Shown one piece after another: positions 1 through 9,374 of a DNA stretch of 64,000 bases. The notes under the pieces were generated by a model. It made no database searches. It saw only the letters and a program-made list of their open reading frames with translations, and was not told the DNA's origin. Every line of letters begins with the position of its first letter. Within the stretch, counting starts at the first letter, position 1. The translations under genes and the position numbers were made by a program. This DNA comes from Dehalococcoidia bacterium (GTDB taxonomy: Bacteria; Chloroflexota; Dehalococcoidia; SM23-28-2; RBG-16-64-32), in contig CAXXTF010000001.1 in the NCBI GenBank assembly GCA_963665775.2, forward strand, positions 448,001-512,000. The letters run 5' to 3'.

Positions 1-161
1 GCCGGTACGCGGGTGCTTTGCAGAAGGGCCTGCGCCCCAGGGTCCGCGAAGAGGGCAGCCATAGTTGCCAGGCCCGCGGACCAGGAGTCCTCGGCATCGC
101 TTTCCTGGGCCAGCAGGTAGGCGGCCTCCGCGTAGCGCTTGGCCGTGACGTCTCGAATCAC
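1..161 (-). CDS. atpH: ATP synthase F1 delta subunit (5' part, runs off the window edge)
   Basis: Hand translation from GTG at 161: VIRDVTAKRYAEAAYLLAQE..., the typical A-x-RYA-x-A N-terminus; GTGA overlap with the atpF stop. Confidence 0.9.
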   Translation of the reverse strand, partial: MIRDVTAKRYAEAAYLLAQESDAEDSWSAGLATMAALFADPGAQALLQSTRVP

Positions 162-706
162 GACCTCTCGCGGCCTCCATTGCCACCGTCCTGCGGCGCC
201 TCTGCCAGCACCTCTTCTATCAGTTGGCGGTGCGTCTCCTGGTCCAGGCTGCGCCTGATCACCCGCTCCGCGGCGGTGATCGTCAGGTCGGCGAACTCCC
301 GCCGCAACTCGGCGATGGCGCTATCGCGCTCCATCTGGATCTCGCTGCGGGCCCGCTCCAAGAGCTGCTCCGCCTCCGCCCCGGCCTGCGTCCGCCCCTC
401 CTCCTGAACCCGGGAGGAGATCTGTTGGGCCTGGCTTATCAGCGCCTGTCCTTCTTGGCGGGCCTTTTCCAGCTCCTTGGTGACCTCCCTCTCCGTTTCG
501 GACAGCCGGTTCTTGGACTCCTCCGCGGCCTCCAGCCCCTCCTGGATGCGCTTCCGCCGCTCGTCCATGATACGGAGGAGCGGCCTATAGGCCAGAACGG
601 ACAGGAGCACCATGAGGAGGGTGAAGTTAATCAGCTGGGCCAGCAGGCTGGGCAAGTTGATGCCCAGCGCGCCTATTCCCAGAAATACCGGTTGCAAGAT
701 TCCCAC
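158..706 (-). CDS. atpF: ATP synthase F0 subunit b
   Basis: LGINLPSLLAQLINF TM segment followed by a long coiled coil (ERRKRIQEGLEAAE); operon position. Confidence 0.95.
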   Translation of the reverse strand: MGILQPVFLGIGALGINLPSLLAQLINFTLLMVLLSVLAYRPLLRIMDERRKRIQEGLEAAEESKNRLSETEREVTKELEKARQEGQALISQAQQISSRVQEEGRTQAGAEAEQLLERARSEIQMERDSAIAELRREFADLTITAAERVIRRSLDQETHRQLIEEVLAEAPQDGGNGGRERS

Positions 707-732
707 CGTCCCTTCCTGTCGGTCGCCTCTTC

Positions 733-1038
733 CTAGAACACGAAACCGATCATGATGGCAGTGACCAGGGCGTAGATGCCGATCGCTTCGGCGAAGGCGA
801 GACCCAGGATCATGTTGGTCTGGATCACCGGCTGGGCCTCCGGGTTGCGGCCCAGCGCCTCCATCGCCTTGCCCACGAGGTTGCCGATGGCCAGGGCCGG
901 CCCGAAGGCTCCCAGTCCCATGGCGATCCCCGCGCCGATGAACTTGATGCCGTCATCGGTTATAGCGATCTCGGTCTCCTGGGCAGCCTGCCGTATGGCC
1001 TCCGCCGCAGGCGGAATCAGGGCGAGGAACAGCTCCAT
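733..1038 (-). CDS. atpE: ATP synthase F0 subunit c, with N-terminal extension
   Basis: GAGIAMGLGAFGP, GRNPEA loop, FAEAIGIY carrying the ion-binding Glu. Confidence 0.96.
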   Translation of the reverse strand: MELFLALIPPAAEAIRQAAQETEIAITDDGIKFIGAGIAMGLGAFGPALAIGNLVGKAMEALGRNPEAQPVIQTNMILGLAFAEAIGIYALVTAIMIGFVF

Positions 1039-1059
1039 CTATGCCTCCTTTTCGGTTGC

Positions 1060-2133
1060 TTATGCTTCGCTCTCTGCTAGTTGTTCGGTACCGGTATGAG
1101 GTTCCGTATCGTTCTCTTCGTGTCCTTCGTGGGAGGTGACCGCCATGACCCCGAAGACGAGGGTGAGCATGGCGAAGATGAACGCCTGCACCACGCCTAC
1201 AAACAGCTCCAGGCCGTAGAAGATGATGGTCACGATGATCGGGGTGAGGAAGGTGAACATCAGGATCACCACCTCGCCGGCGAACATGTTTCCGAACAGA
1301 CGGAAGGTGAAGCTGAGCAGCCGCACCAGCTCCGAGATCAGTTCCAGGATCCCCACGAAGGCGTCTATAACCCCGTTGAACACCATCCCCACGTTCAGCC
1401 TGGTCAGCCCCTTGAAGATCCCGCCGAAGTTGAAGAACTTGCGTCCGTAACCGAGTAGACCCAGCGAGCTGATGCCCCAGGTCTCCACGGCGATAGCCGA
1501 GACGATGGCCAGGGCCAGGGGCGTGTTCAGGTCCGTGTTGGGTCCGCGGAACAACGGCTTGAGCTCCCCAACCACTTTGCCCGCTCCCTTCGCATCCTCG
1601 AACGCCGCGTGCGCATCAGGATCGTCCTCGTCTATGCTGTCGCCGCTGAGGCCGCCTGGGCCGGACAAAGGCACCCAGTTCACGTCGAAGGGCCCTATAT
1701 CCGTCTGCTCCATGACGAACCCGTGCTCCTCTTCCTCAGTGAAGCCGATAACGTTGAATATGGGCAACAGGGAGAACCAGTTGGAGACCAGCACGAAGAA
1801 GAAGATCGTAGCGACCACGGGGAAGAAGCGGCGCCCGAGCTTCTCTCCGGCCACGTTCACCACTAGGTTGTAGAACGCCTCCAGCACCGCTTCCAGCACG
1901 TTCTGGGCGCCGCGGGGCACCAGCTCCCAGCGTCGGGAGGCCAGGAACACCGCGATGATCATGAAGGCCACGACGAACCAGGAGGTGATCATCGTGTTGG
2001 TGAGGTCTATGCCGCCGGCGGTGGTGATCGTCTCCGGCTTTATCGTGATGTGAGGCGTAGGACCCCGGAGGAAGACGAAGCCCAGGAGGGTAAATACTAC
2101 CAGCGCTATAACGATTAGGCGCCCTCGGCTCAT
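1060..2133 (-). CDS. atpB: ATP synthase F0 subunit a
   Basis: VPRGAQN, PNTDLN, SFTFRLFGNMFAG, ELFVGVVQAFIF; start placed at ATG 2133 (MSRGRL). Confidence 0.95.
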   Translation of the reverse strand: MSRGRLIVIALVVFTLLGFVFLRGPTPHITIKPETITTAGGIDLTNTMITSWFVVAFMIIAVFLASRRWELVPRGAQNVLEAVLEAFYNLVVNVAGEKLGRRFFPVVATIFFFVLVSNWFSLLPIFNVIGFTEEEEHGFVMEQTDIGPFDVNWVPLSGPGGLSGDSIDEDDPDAHAAFEDAKGAGKVVGELKPLFRGPNTDLNTPLALAIVSAIAVETWGISSLGLLGYGRKFFNFGGIFKGLTRLNVGMVFNGVIDAFVGILELISELVRLLSFTFRLFGNMFAGEVVILMFTFLTPIIVTIIFYGLELFVGVVQAFIFAMLTLVFGVMAVTSHEGHEENDTEPHTGTEQLAESEA

Positions 2134-2146
2134 CGTCGTCCCGTTC

Positions 2147-2404
2147 TCACTTTCGTTGTCCCAGCACTTCCTTGAGTAAGAGGTATCCACCCCAGAACGC
2201 CGCCACCATCCCCGCCAGCAGCCCCAGAAGGATGAACAGCGGCCTGGTTCCCAGCCACGCATCTATGGCCACGCCCGCGGCAATCCCCCCCACTATACAC
2301 AGCGCAAAGTAGAAGCCAATCCCGGAGAGCCTCATCGTCGGAGGCAGCTTGGTTAGCACAGTCAATGTCCTGACGGTCTTCGCGCGGCCCGTCCTGCTTG
2401 CCAA
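2147..2404 (-). CDS. AtpZ/AtpI family protein
   Basis: Two TM helices, G-x-x-ID-x-WLGT-x-P-x-F motif, first gene of the atp operon; start uncertain (2404 TTG or 2335 ATG). Confidence 0.85.
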   Translation of the reverse strand: MASRTGRAKTVRTLTVLTKLPPTMRLSGIGFYFALCIVGGIAAGVAIDAWLGTRPLFILLGLLAGMVAAFWGGYLLLKEVLGQRK

Positions 2405-2509
2405 TTGGGAAGATTATCACAACCGGACGGCAGCGTTCAACCCACAATTCATAACAAAAGCCCCAGACCGTCCAGCCCAGGGCCTCTACCCACCACGGCT
2501 CCCGCCGGA

Positions 2510-3049
2510 CTACTTCTTTTCGAAGTCCTCCAAGTCCAGCCCCTCGATCACGTCCCGAAACGGGCTTAGCTTTTCCAGCTCCTCAGGGGAAACTTCCTTG
2601 GGCGGCTCCTGGCCGGCGCCCGTGATCGATTCCAGAGGCTGACCCTCCTGGTCCAGCTTCACACCCGCCTTATCCAGCACCGCCTCATCGGCGAAAATCG
2701 GCACCTGGGAGCGGACCGCCAGGGCGATGGCGTCGCTGGGCCGCGAATCGATCTCGAAATTCTTGCCGTTCACCTGCAGCATGATCCGGGCGAAGAACGT
2801 GTCGTTGGACAGGTCGTTCACTATGACGTACTCAACCGAAGCCCCAAGAGCGTCGATAACGGACCGCATCAGGTCGTGCGTCAGGGGCCGGGCTACCGCA
2901 ACCTCTTGCAGTCGCACGGCGATCGCGTCAGCCTCCGCCGGCCCTATCCAGATGGGCAGAAAGCGGTCGGCGTCCTTCTCTTTCAAGATGACCACCCGCT
3001 GGTAGTTCATGAGGCTCACGCGGATACTTTCGATGGTCAACTCAACCAC
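2510..3049 (-). CDS. Bifunctional nuclease family protein (DUF151)
   Basis: LPIWIG-x-x-EA, RPLTHDL, DSRPSDAIALA motifs. Confidence 0.93.
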   Translation of the reverse strand: MVELTIESIRVSLMNYQRVVILKEKDADRFLPIWIGPAEADAIAVRLQEVAVARPLTHDLMRSVIDALGASVEYVIVNDLSNDTFFARIMLQVNGKNFEIDSRPSDAIALAVRSQVPIFADEAVLDKAGVKLDQEGQPLESITGAGQEPPKEVSPEELEKLSPFRDVIEGLDLEDFEKK

Positions 3050-3083
3050 ACTGCCACCTCCCTACGGCGGATACAACCGAATT

Positions 3084-4433
3084 CTAGCCCAGCCTCCCAG
3101 TGGTGTCAACAGAACTCGGAGGCTCTTCCTGGGCTGTCGAGATAGGCGTCGACGGTTGGCCCTGACTCACCAGATGGCTGGCCCAAGCCAGCCCCAACAC
3201 CAGCGTGGCGATCAGCAGCAGCACTACCGTGATGCTTGTCCAGTCCGTAATGGCGCCGATGATGAGGAGCGGCAGGAGGGAGATGAAGTTGGCCGAGACC
3301 ACCTGGGTGGCGAAGATGCGGCCTCGCATCTCCGCCGGCGCCCGCTCGTGCAGGACGGTCTGGGCCGGCGCGTTGAGCAGGGCGTAGGCGAAACCCAAAG
3401 GGCCGGCGATGGCCATGGTAAGCGCCTGCAACAGGGAGATGCGCAGGAAGCGAGTGGGGTCCAACGGCCCCGGCGCCTGCTCTGTGAACTCAGCCAGCGG
3501 CTCCACCAGCGCCAGTAACACCAGGCAGGTCGCTATCCCGACGAGGCCGATGATCACTACGCGGTTCTTCCCCTTGCGGGCGAAATAGGGCAGAAAGCGC
3601 AGACCGAGCAGCGCCCCGACCCCAGTGGGAGCGAATACAAAGGCAGCGTTATCCGGCGAGATTTCCAGGGTGTCCGTCATGTACCGTGGGATAAGCATGG
3701 CGAACAGCAGAACCAGGGTGCTGCTCATGATCAGCTGGCCTAGAGCCAGCAGTGAGACCCGGTCGGAAACCAGGGTCCGCCAGCTCTCGCGGAACTCATC
3801 TGGGATGCCGCTGAACATGAGCGCCCGCTGCGGCTTCGGCTGGGGCTCCTCCCTCATCTTGCTCAGCCCCGCAGTTAGCGCCGCCGCTATCACGAACAGC
3901 GCCGCCCCGGTCAGGAACATCGCCTCCGGTCCGCCGCTCTTCAGCAGCACCGGCGCCAGGAACACTATCCCTACCAGCTGCGACCCGGTCAGTGTGAAGT
4001 TGTAGAGACTGTTCGCCTGCACCAGCCGGTTTCGGGGCACCAGCGTCGGGATCAGCGATACCATGGCCGGGTTGAAGAACAGCCCGCTGGTGGCGAAGCC
4101 CGCGCTGATGGCGTAGATGACCCACTCGTTGCCGTGGAAGAAGAAGAAGAGGAGGCAGGCACCGGCCCGCAGAAGGCTGCTCGCGATAAGCACCGGGCCC
4201 TTGCGGAGCCGGTCCAGCATCACCCCCACCACCATGCCCAGCGGTATGGATGGGAGGATGAAGGAGAACACCAGAAGACTGGTATGGACGCTGGATCCGG
4301 TGATGTCTAGGATGATGATCAGCAGACTGAACAGGAGGGCGTTATGGGCCGTCTGGGCCAGCCCCTGGCTCAGCCACAGGCTGCCGAACCGCCGGTCCGA
4401 CAGCAGAGCCCGCGACTCCGCCACTTCTGGCAT
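3084..4433 (-). CDS. MFS transporter
   Basis: About 12 hydrophobic segments, GVMLDRLRK motif A, PAEMRGRIFA. Confidence 0.9.
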   Translation of the reverse strand: MPEVAESRALLSDRRFGSLWLSQGLAQTAHNALLFSLLIIILDITGSSVHTSLLVFSFILPSIPLGMVVGVMLDRLRKGPVLIASSLLRAGACLLFFFFHGNEWVIYAISAGFATSGLFFNPAMVSLIPTLVPRNRLVQANSLYNFTLTGSQLVGIVFLAPVLLKSGGPEAMFLTGAALFVIAAALTAGLSKMREEPQPKPQRALMFSGIPDEFRESWRTLVSDRVSLLALGQLIMSSTLVLLFAMLIPRYMTDTLEISPDNAAFVFAPTGVGALLGLRFLPYFARKGKNRVVIIGLVGIATCLVLLALVEPLAEFTEQAPGPLDPTRFLRISLLQALTMAIAGPLGFAYALLNAPAQTVLHERAPAEMRGRIFATQVVSANFISLLPLLIIGAITDWTSITVVLLLIATLVLGLAWASHLVSQGQPSTPISTAQEEPPSSVDTTGRLG

Positions 4434-4453
4434 CGAGCGGTCGTAGCGCAACC

Positions 4454-4666
4454 CTACCCCTCCGCAGCCGTCTCCGCCACCTGTGGGCCCTGTCGCAGGA
4501 TCTCCTTCACCCGCTTATCGTACGTCCGTCGCGCCAGCAGCACGCGCCGCCCGCAGGTACTACAGCGAATGCCGATGTCGGCGCCCAGGCGAACCACTAC
4601 CCACTCGTAGCCGCCGCAGGGGTGCACCTTACGCAGGCGCACCACGTCACCCAGGCGCACCTCCAT
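4454..4666 (-). CDS. DUF951 family protein
   Basis: [13 protein letters not shown]...W...[15 protein letters not shown]. Confidence 0.9.
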   Translation of the reverse strand: MEVRLGDVVRLRKVHPCGGYEWVVVRLGADIGIRCSTCGRRVLLARRTYDKRVKEILRQGPQVAETAAEG

Positions 4667-4676
4667 CAGCACGGTG

Positions 4677-5486
4677 CTACCGCCGGGCCAGCACGGTCTC
4701 CCGCTCGCGGTTGATCTGGTCTCGCAGCTCCTGGGCCGCCCTTCTGGCAGCCTTGGCGTAATCCCTGCCCTTGGCGGCGTACAGCACCTGTCGGGAGGCG
4801 CTCACAATGAGCCCTCCGCCACGAGAATCGAGCGCCGCCCGCACGCTGGAACCGAGGTCGCCGCCCTGGGCGCCTATGCCCGGCATGAGAAATGTCATAT
4901 CGGGGCAAAGGCTACGCACCCGTTCCAGTTCCTGCGGCCAGGTAGTGCCCATCACCAGGCCGACGTTCCCGTGTTCGTTCCACTCCCTCGCCTTCTCCGC
5001 CACCGCCTCGTACAGGGGCCGGCCGTCGCTCAGGGTCAGGTCCTGCAGATCGGCGGCGCCCGGGTTAGAGCTCCGGCACCAGATGAAGACGCCTCTGTCC
5101 GTGTACTCCAGGAACGGCTCCACGGCGTCCCGCCCACCGTAGGGGTTCACCGTGGTAGCATCGAACCCGTATTCCTCGAATAAGGCCTTGGCGTAGAAAC
5201 GCGCCGAATTGCCGATGTCGCCCCGCTTAGCGTCGGCAATTATAGGTGTATGCTCCGGAACGGAGCGCAGCCCTTCCAGCAGCGTCTGCATCCCCCCTGT
5301 TCCCAGCGCCTCGAAGAAGGCCAGGTTGGGCTTATAGGCGCAGACCAAGTCGGCTGTCGCTTCGACGATCTCGTTCAGGAACGTCGCAACGTGCGGCTGG
5401 GGCATCAGTTCCGGATCGGGGTCCAGACCGACGCAGAGGAAGCTGCCGTTTCGCGCGCTGGCTGCCCTCAGCTTCTCAAGGAACAT
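4677..5486 (-). CDS. pyrF: Orotidine-5'-phosphate decarboxylase (type 2)
   Basis: [35 protein letters not shown]; start at MFLEKL. Confidence 0.95.
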   Translation of the reverse strand: MFLEKLRAASARNGSFLCVGLDPDPELMPQPHVATFLNEIVEATADLVCAYKPNLAFFEALGTGGMQTLLEGLRSVPEHTPIIADAKRGDIGNSARFYAKALFEEYGFDATTVNPYGGRDAVEPFLEYTDRGVFIWCRSSNPGAADLQDLTLSDGRPLYEAVAEKAREWNEHGNVGLVMGTTWPQELERVRSLCPDMTFLMPGIGAQGGDLGSSVRAALDSRGGGLIVSASRQVLYAAKGRDYAKAARRAAQELRDQINRERETVLARR

Positions 5487-5576
5487 CGGCTCTCTCACTT
5501 GCCTGGCCTCGCTCTCCGGGAGCACCGAAGGCGTCAGGGTTGCCGTCCTCCTCATTCTAACCGCTTCTTGTCCGGC

Positions 5577-5605
5577 ATAATATAGAGCGGCTTCCCCTGG
5601 GTCAA
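5577..5605 (-). promoter_or_regulatory. sigma70-type promoter for pyrF
   Basis: TTGACC-17 nt-TATTAT on the minus strand. Confidence 0.55.
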
Positions 5606-5654
5606 GGAGAAACGGTTGGCGGTCAGGTCGTGCCCCGGCTACCTGTTAGGCGGG

Positions 5655-7082
5655 CTATTTGCCGGCCTCGTCCCACTCATTTAGCAGGCGACGAAGCTCG
5701 TCCAGCGGGGGCGGCTTCAGGCCGTAGCGGGCACGAGCGAAGGCGACACTCACCTCGCTCGGTATCTGGGAGCCGAAGTGCTCCGCCAACGGCGACGCGA
5801 ACTCCAGCGGCGTCCTGGCCGGCGGCCGCCCCAGACCCCGGTCCGCGGCTCGGCTCAGGATGCTCAGATATAGACGACGCACCGCCAAGACATCGGGCGG
5901 CAGGTCTGGGGCCGGCGGCGAGCGCTGCCTGCGGGACGAAAACAGCCGGCCCAGCAGGCCCCTGAGGTCGTCTTTGAGGCTTCCCTCGTGCCACACTGAC
6001 TCTCGCCATTCGCTGCGCTCATCGCGCCGGCGCCGCGATCGAGCGAAGATGACCAGGGCCAACGCTCCCACCACCACCGTCAGGAGGGTTCCGGCCACGA
6101 CCCATCCCACAACCCTCAACCACCCGGGCACATTCCCTCTCTCGCCCTGCTCCTCACCAAACCCTCCCGGCGGCTGAACGGGCTCTGGTGGCTCCTGTTC
6201 AGGGTCGTTGACGCCCACGAGATCCCGCAGCCCCCGTATCAGCCATTCGATGGCGATGGCGATGGGCGTCAGCACTAGTATCAGCAGGTCGATGACGCCC
6301 CTCCATAGCCAGGCCAGCCCGTGGCCGACGGAGGCCAGGGTTGGCCCCGGGTTCAAGCCCTCAACCAGCCAGTCCAGCGCCAGGAGGCCGCCCAGGACTA
6401 CGAGTGTGGCCAGCAAGGCCAGGGCCATCAGCAGACCGACGGTGGTCAGCAGGGTTAGGGCCCAGGGCCGGCTTATCGGGGCGGACGCTTCCGGGGCCGT
6501 GCGATCCAGGTGGAAGGCCGCTATGGCTATCAGCCCCAGGGCGAAAAAGGGCAGCGCCGCGGTGCCGACCGCACTGTCCAGGTCGGCTCCGATATCGATG
6601 ACCGCCGCTAGGACTATCGCCGCGAATCCGGCCGAGAAGGAGCGGACGACGCTGTCGAAGGTGATGGTGCTCTGGCCTAGCAGCGCCCATCTTAGGGCCA
6701 GCCCTACTGTCAGCAGGCTGCCCAGAACCAGCGGGCCCTGAGCGTCGCCGGGGTGGGACGCGAATTTCCCCAGCCACGATAGCTCCCACAGGCGCAGGTC
6801 GCCCAGATACTCCAGCCGCAGAAGGGCGTATAGTCCTACTATCGAGGCGGCAGCCCCCGTTGCGCTCATCGACGGTTGCGACAGCTCGAGGAGCCCCAGC
6901 AGGCGGGCCAGATAGAAGCCGCCGCCAGCCGCCGCTATCAGCACCCAGAGGGAGGGCCCGGGGCCTTCCCCTATCCAGGCCACCAACACTGAGGCGACGG
7001 CGAAGTACCATACGGCCTCCGTCGCTAGCGCCAGCGGCTCCAGCAGCTGTCCCCGCGCCGTCACGGTTGGCTCTCCTCCCAC
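5655..7082 (-). CDS. DUF4129 domain-containing membrane protein
   Basis: Multiple TM segments plus C-terminal VRRLY...GLGR...TPLEF...F-x-x-ARYG. Confidence 0.8.
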   Translation of the reverse strand: MGGEPTVTARGQLLEPLALATEAVWYFAVASVLVAWIGEGPGPSLWVLIAAAGGGFYLARLLGLLELSQPSMSATGAAASIVGLYALLRLEYLGDLRLWELSWLGKFASHPGDAQGPLVLGSLLTVGLALRWALLGQSTITFDSVVRSFSAGFAAIVLAAVIDIGADLDSAVGTAALPFFALGLIAIAAFHLDRTAPEASAPISRPWALTLLTTVGLLMALALLATLVVLGGLLALDWLVEGLNPGPTLASVGHGLAWLWRGVIDLLILVLTPIAIAIEWLIRGLRDLVGVNDPEQEPPEPVQPPGGFGEEQGERGNVPGWLRVVGWVVAGTLLTVVVGALALVIFARSRRRRDERSEWRESVWHEGSLKDDLRGLLGRLFSSRRQRSPPAPDLPPDVLAVRRLYLSILSRAADRGLGRPPARTPLEFASPLAEHFGSQIPSEVSVAFARARYGLKPPPLDELRRLLNEWDEAGK

Positions 7083-8275
7083 TGGCGCAGGTAGCCACCT
7101 ATGTTGCGCACGGCGATCCCGCTCACCGTGCCCTCGGCTCCTTCCTCCGTCACCGATAGCACCATCACCTGGTGGCCCGCCGCCTTGATCCGGCCCAGCG
7201 TGGCCAGGAGGCTATCGGGCAGCAGGGCCGTCACGACCGTCAGGGTCGTACCTAAGGGCAAGGCGTGAGACTCAGCCTCCAGTAGCTTCTCCAGCGGCGA
7301 GATGAAGAAGGGCCCGACCCCGGCCAACGCCTCCAGAATACGCGGCAGATGATTCGGGTGGCGTCCGGGCATGATCCTGATGGGGCGATCGGACTCGGGG
7401 AAGCTGCCGTTAGCCAGGATGCCGACGGCATAGCCCTGCTGGTGGCCCTGTGTGGCTAGAGATGCCGCCACCGTCACGACCCGCTCCAGCAACACCGGGT
7501 CGAAGCCGGTCCACGTCTGCTCCAGGGTGATGAGGTTGAGGGCCACTAGCAGGTGGAGGGTCGCCGAGGGCTCGTAGAGGCGGGACTGAAGCCGGCCGCG
7601 ACGGGCAGTGGCCTTCCAGTCGATGCGACGCAGGGAGTCGCCGGGCTGATAATCGCGCAACCCGGCGATGCGGAGGGGGTCTTCGTAGATGCGGGCGCCT
7701 CCCCGCCGTTCGCCGGGAGGACGCTGACTGGGCAGGCCTAGCTCCAGCAGAGGGAGAACCCTGGGAAAGACCACCACCCGCTGGCTTTCCTCGTCATGGC
7801 GCTCTACCGGGAACAGGCCGAAGAGGTCGCTGGACCGGAGTTGAACCGGTCCCACTCGATAGATGCCTCGACTCCGGCATTCCAACTCGTAGCGCCAGTT
7901 CACCCGCTCGTACCAGGCCAGGGTCACGGACCGAAGCAGGCAGCCTGTGCGGGCCAGGTGCGAGGGGGCGAGACGCACGCCGTCCGGCGGCAGCTCCTCC
8001 GGGAAATGCTCTCTCACCTCCACTGAGGGAACGGGCAAGAGCTTGCGGTTGGTGAGGCGGGCGGTAAATGAGAGCTTGTCACCAACGAAGGCCCGAGTCT
8101 CCGGGAAGAGGCGCTGGTAGGAGAGCTGAGTCAGGACCAGGCGGCTCCACAGCCGGGCCGCGCCTCCGGTCAGGAGCAGCAGCAGACCCAGCACCACGAT
8201 GGTCTCCCGGCCGCCCAATACGCCGACGGTGACGAGCAGCAGGGAGGCGACCAACCACAAGCCGCGTAGCGGCAT
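7061..8275 (-). CDS. DUF58 domain-containing protein
   Basis: GLRDYQPGDSLRRIDWKATAR; follows moxR. Confidence 0.92.
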   Translation of the reverse strand: MPLRGLWLVASLLLVTVGVLGGRETIVVLGLLLLLTGGAARLWSRLVLTQLSYQRLFPETRAFVGDKLSFTARLTNRKLLPVPSVEVREHFPEELPPDGVRLAPSHLARTGCLLRSVTLAWYERVNWRYELECRSRGIYRVGPVQLRSSDLFGLFPVERHDEESQRVVVFPRVLPLLELGLPSQRPPGERRGGARIYEDPLRIAGLRDYQPGDSLRRIDWKATARRGRLQSRLYEPSATLHLLVALNLITLEQTWTGFDPVLLERVVTVAASLATQGHQQGYAVGILANGSFPESDRPIRIMPGRHPNHLPRILEALAGVGPFFISPLEKLLEAESHALPLGTTLTVVTALLPDSLLATLGRIKAAGHQVMVLSVTEEGAEGTVSGIAVRNIGGYLRQWEESQP

Positions 8276-8279
8276 CGGG

Positions 8280-9248
8280 CTACTCCTCTACCGGTACCGG
8301 CAGCGTCTCCAGGATCTCGCGCACTACACCCTCGGCGTCCCTGCCTCGCAGGTGAGCCTGGGTGCCGAGGATCAGGCGATGGGGGATGACATGGGGGGCC
8401 AGATACTTGATATCGTCGGGGAGGATGTAGTCGCGGCCGCGGATGGCGGCCAGGGCCCGGGCGGTGCGGAAGAGGGCCAGGGAAGCCCTGGGGCTGGCCC
8501 CCAGATCGAGGACGTCCGACTCCCTGGTTGCCCGTACCACCTGCACCAGGTAACGGCGCACAACCGGCTCGCAGGTCACCGCCGTCAGCGCTTCGCCCAG
8601 GCGAACGACATCGGCAGCCTCCAGCACCGGCTCCGTGGCCGCCAGGGGATCGGAGCTCTCGAACCGCTCTATAATCTCCTCTTCCTCTCCCTCGCTGGGG
8701 TAGCCCAGGCGGAGGCGGAGCAGGAAGCGGTCCAGCTGGGCCTCCGGCAGGGGGAACGTCCCTTCCAGCTCGATGGGGTTCTGCGTGGCCAGCACCAGGA
8801 ACGGCCGCGGCAGGGGCACGGTGACCCCGTCGATGGTCACCTGGCGCTCCTCCATCGCCTCCAGGAGGGCCGCCTGGGTCCGTGGTGTGGCCCGGTTGAT
8901 CTCGTCGGCCAGAACCACCTGGGCGATGATGGGCCCGGGGTGGAACTCGAACTCGCCCGTCTTCTGGTTGTAGTAGTTGAGGCCGGTGATGTCCGCCGGC
9001 ATAAGGTCCGGGGTGAACTGGATGCGCTTAAAGCTGCAGCCCAGAGAGCGGGCGATGGTCTTGGCCAGCATCGTCTTGCCTATGCCCGGGACATCCTCGA
9101 TGAGGAGATGACCCTGGCATAGCACCGCCACCAGCGCCAGCTCCATGACCTCGCGCTTGCCGACGATGACCCGTCCGATGTTGGCTACGACGCGGTCCGC
9201 CATCTCCTTGACCGAGGCCAGCGCCGTTTCCGCCGTGTCCGCTGCCAA
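8280..9248 (-). CDS. MoxR family AAA+ ATPase
   Basis: EDVPGIGKT, RIQFTPDL, DEINRA, ATQNPIE, LPEAQLDRF. Confidence 0.95.
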   Translation of the reverse strand: MAADTAETALASVKEMADRVVANIGRVIVGKREVMELALVAVLCQGHLLIEDVPGIGKTMLAKTIARSLGCSFKRIQFTPDLMPADITGLNYYNQKTGEFEFHPGPIIAQVVLADEINRATPRTQAALLEAMEERQVTIDGVTVPLPRPFLVLATQNPIELEGTFPLPEAQLDRFLLRLRLGYPSEGEEEEIIERFESSDPLAATEPVLEAADVVRLGEALTAVTCEPVVRRYLVQVVRATRESDVLDLGASPRASLALFRTARALAAIRGRDYILPDDIKYLAPHVIPHRLILGTQAHLRGRDAEGVVREILETLPVPVEE

Positions 9249-9339
9249 ATTCTACCCCCCACGTGAGATTGTACAGGGAGTCTAGCCGTTCTGCGGCCAG
9301 GGTGCAATAGAAGGCCGCCATCAGTCGTGGGGGCCTTCC

Positions 9340-9368
9340 TTGACCTCTTATGACTCCACGTCTATTCT
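9340..9368 (+). promoter_or_regulatory. sigma70-type promoter, probably giving a leaderless cinA mRNA
   Basis: TTGACC-17 nt-TATTCT, 6 nt before the ATG at 9375, no SD. Confidence 0.6.
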
Positions 9369-9374
9369 CAACCC

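Noticed and set aside
1681-1696. GTCGAAGGG in atpB as a third REP-like copy
   Set aside because: It lacks the CCTGCCCTGAGC half, so it is likely a chance match
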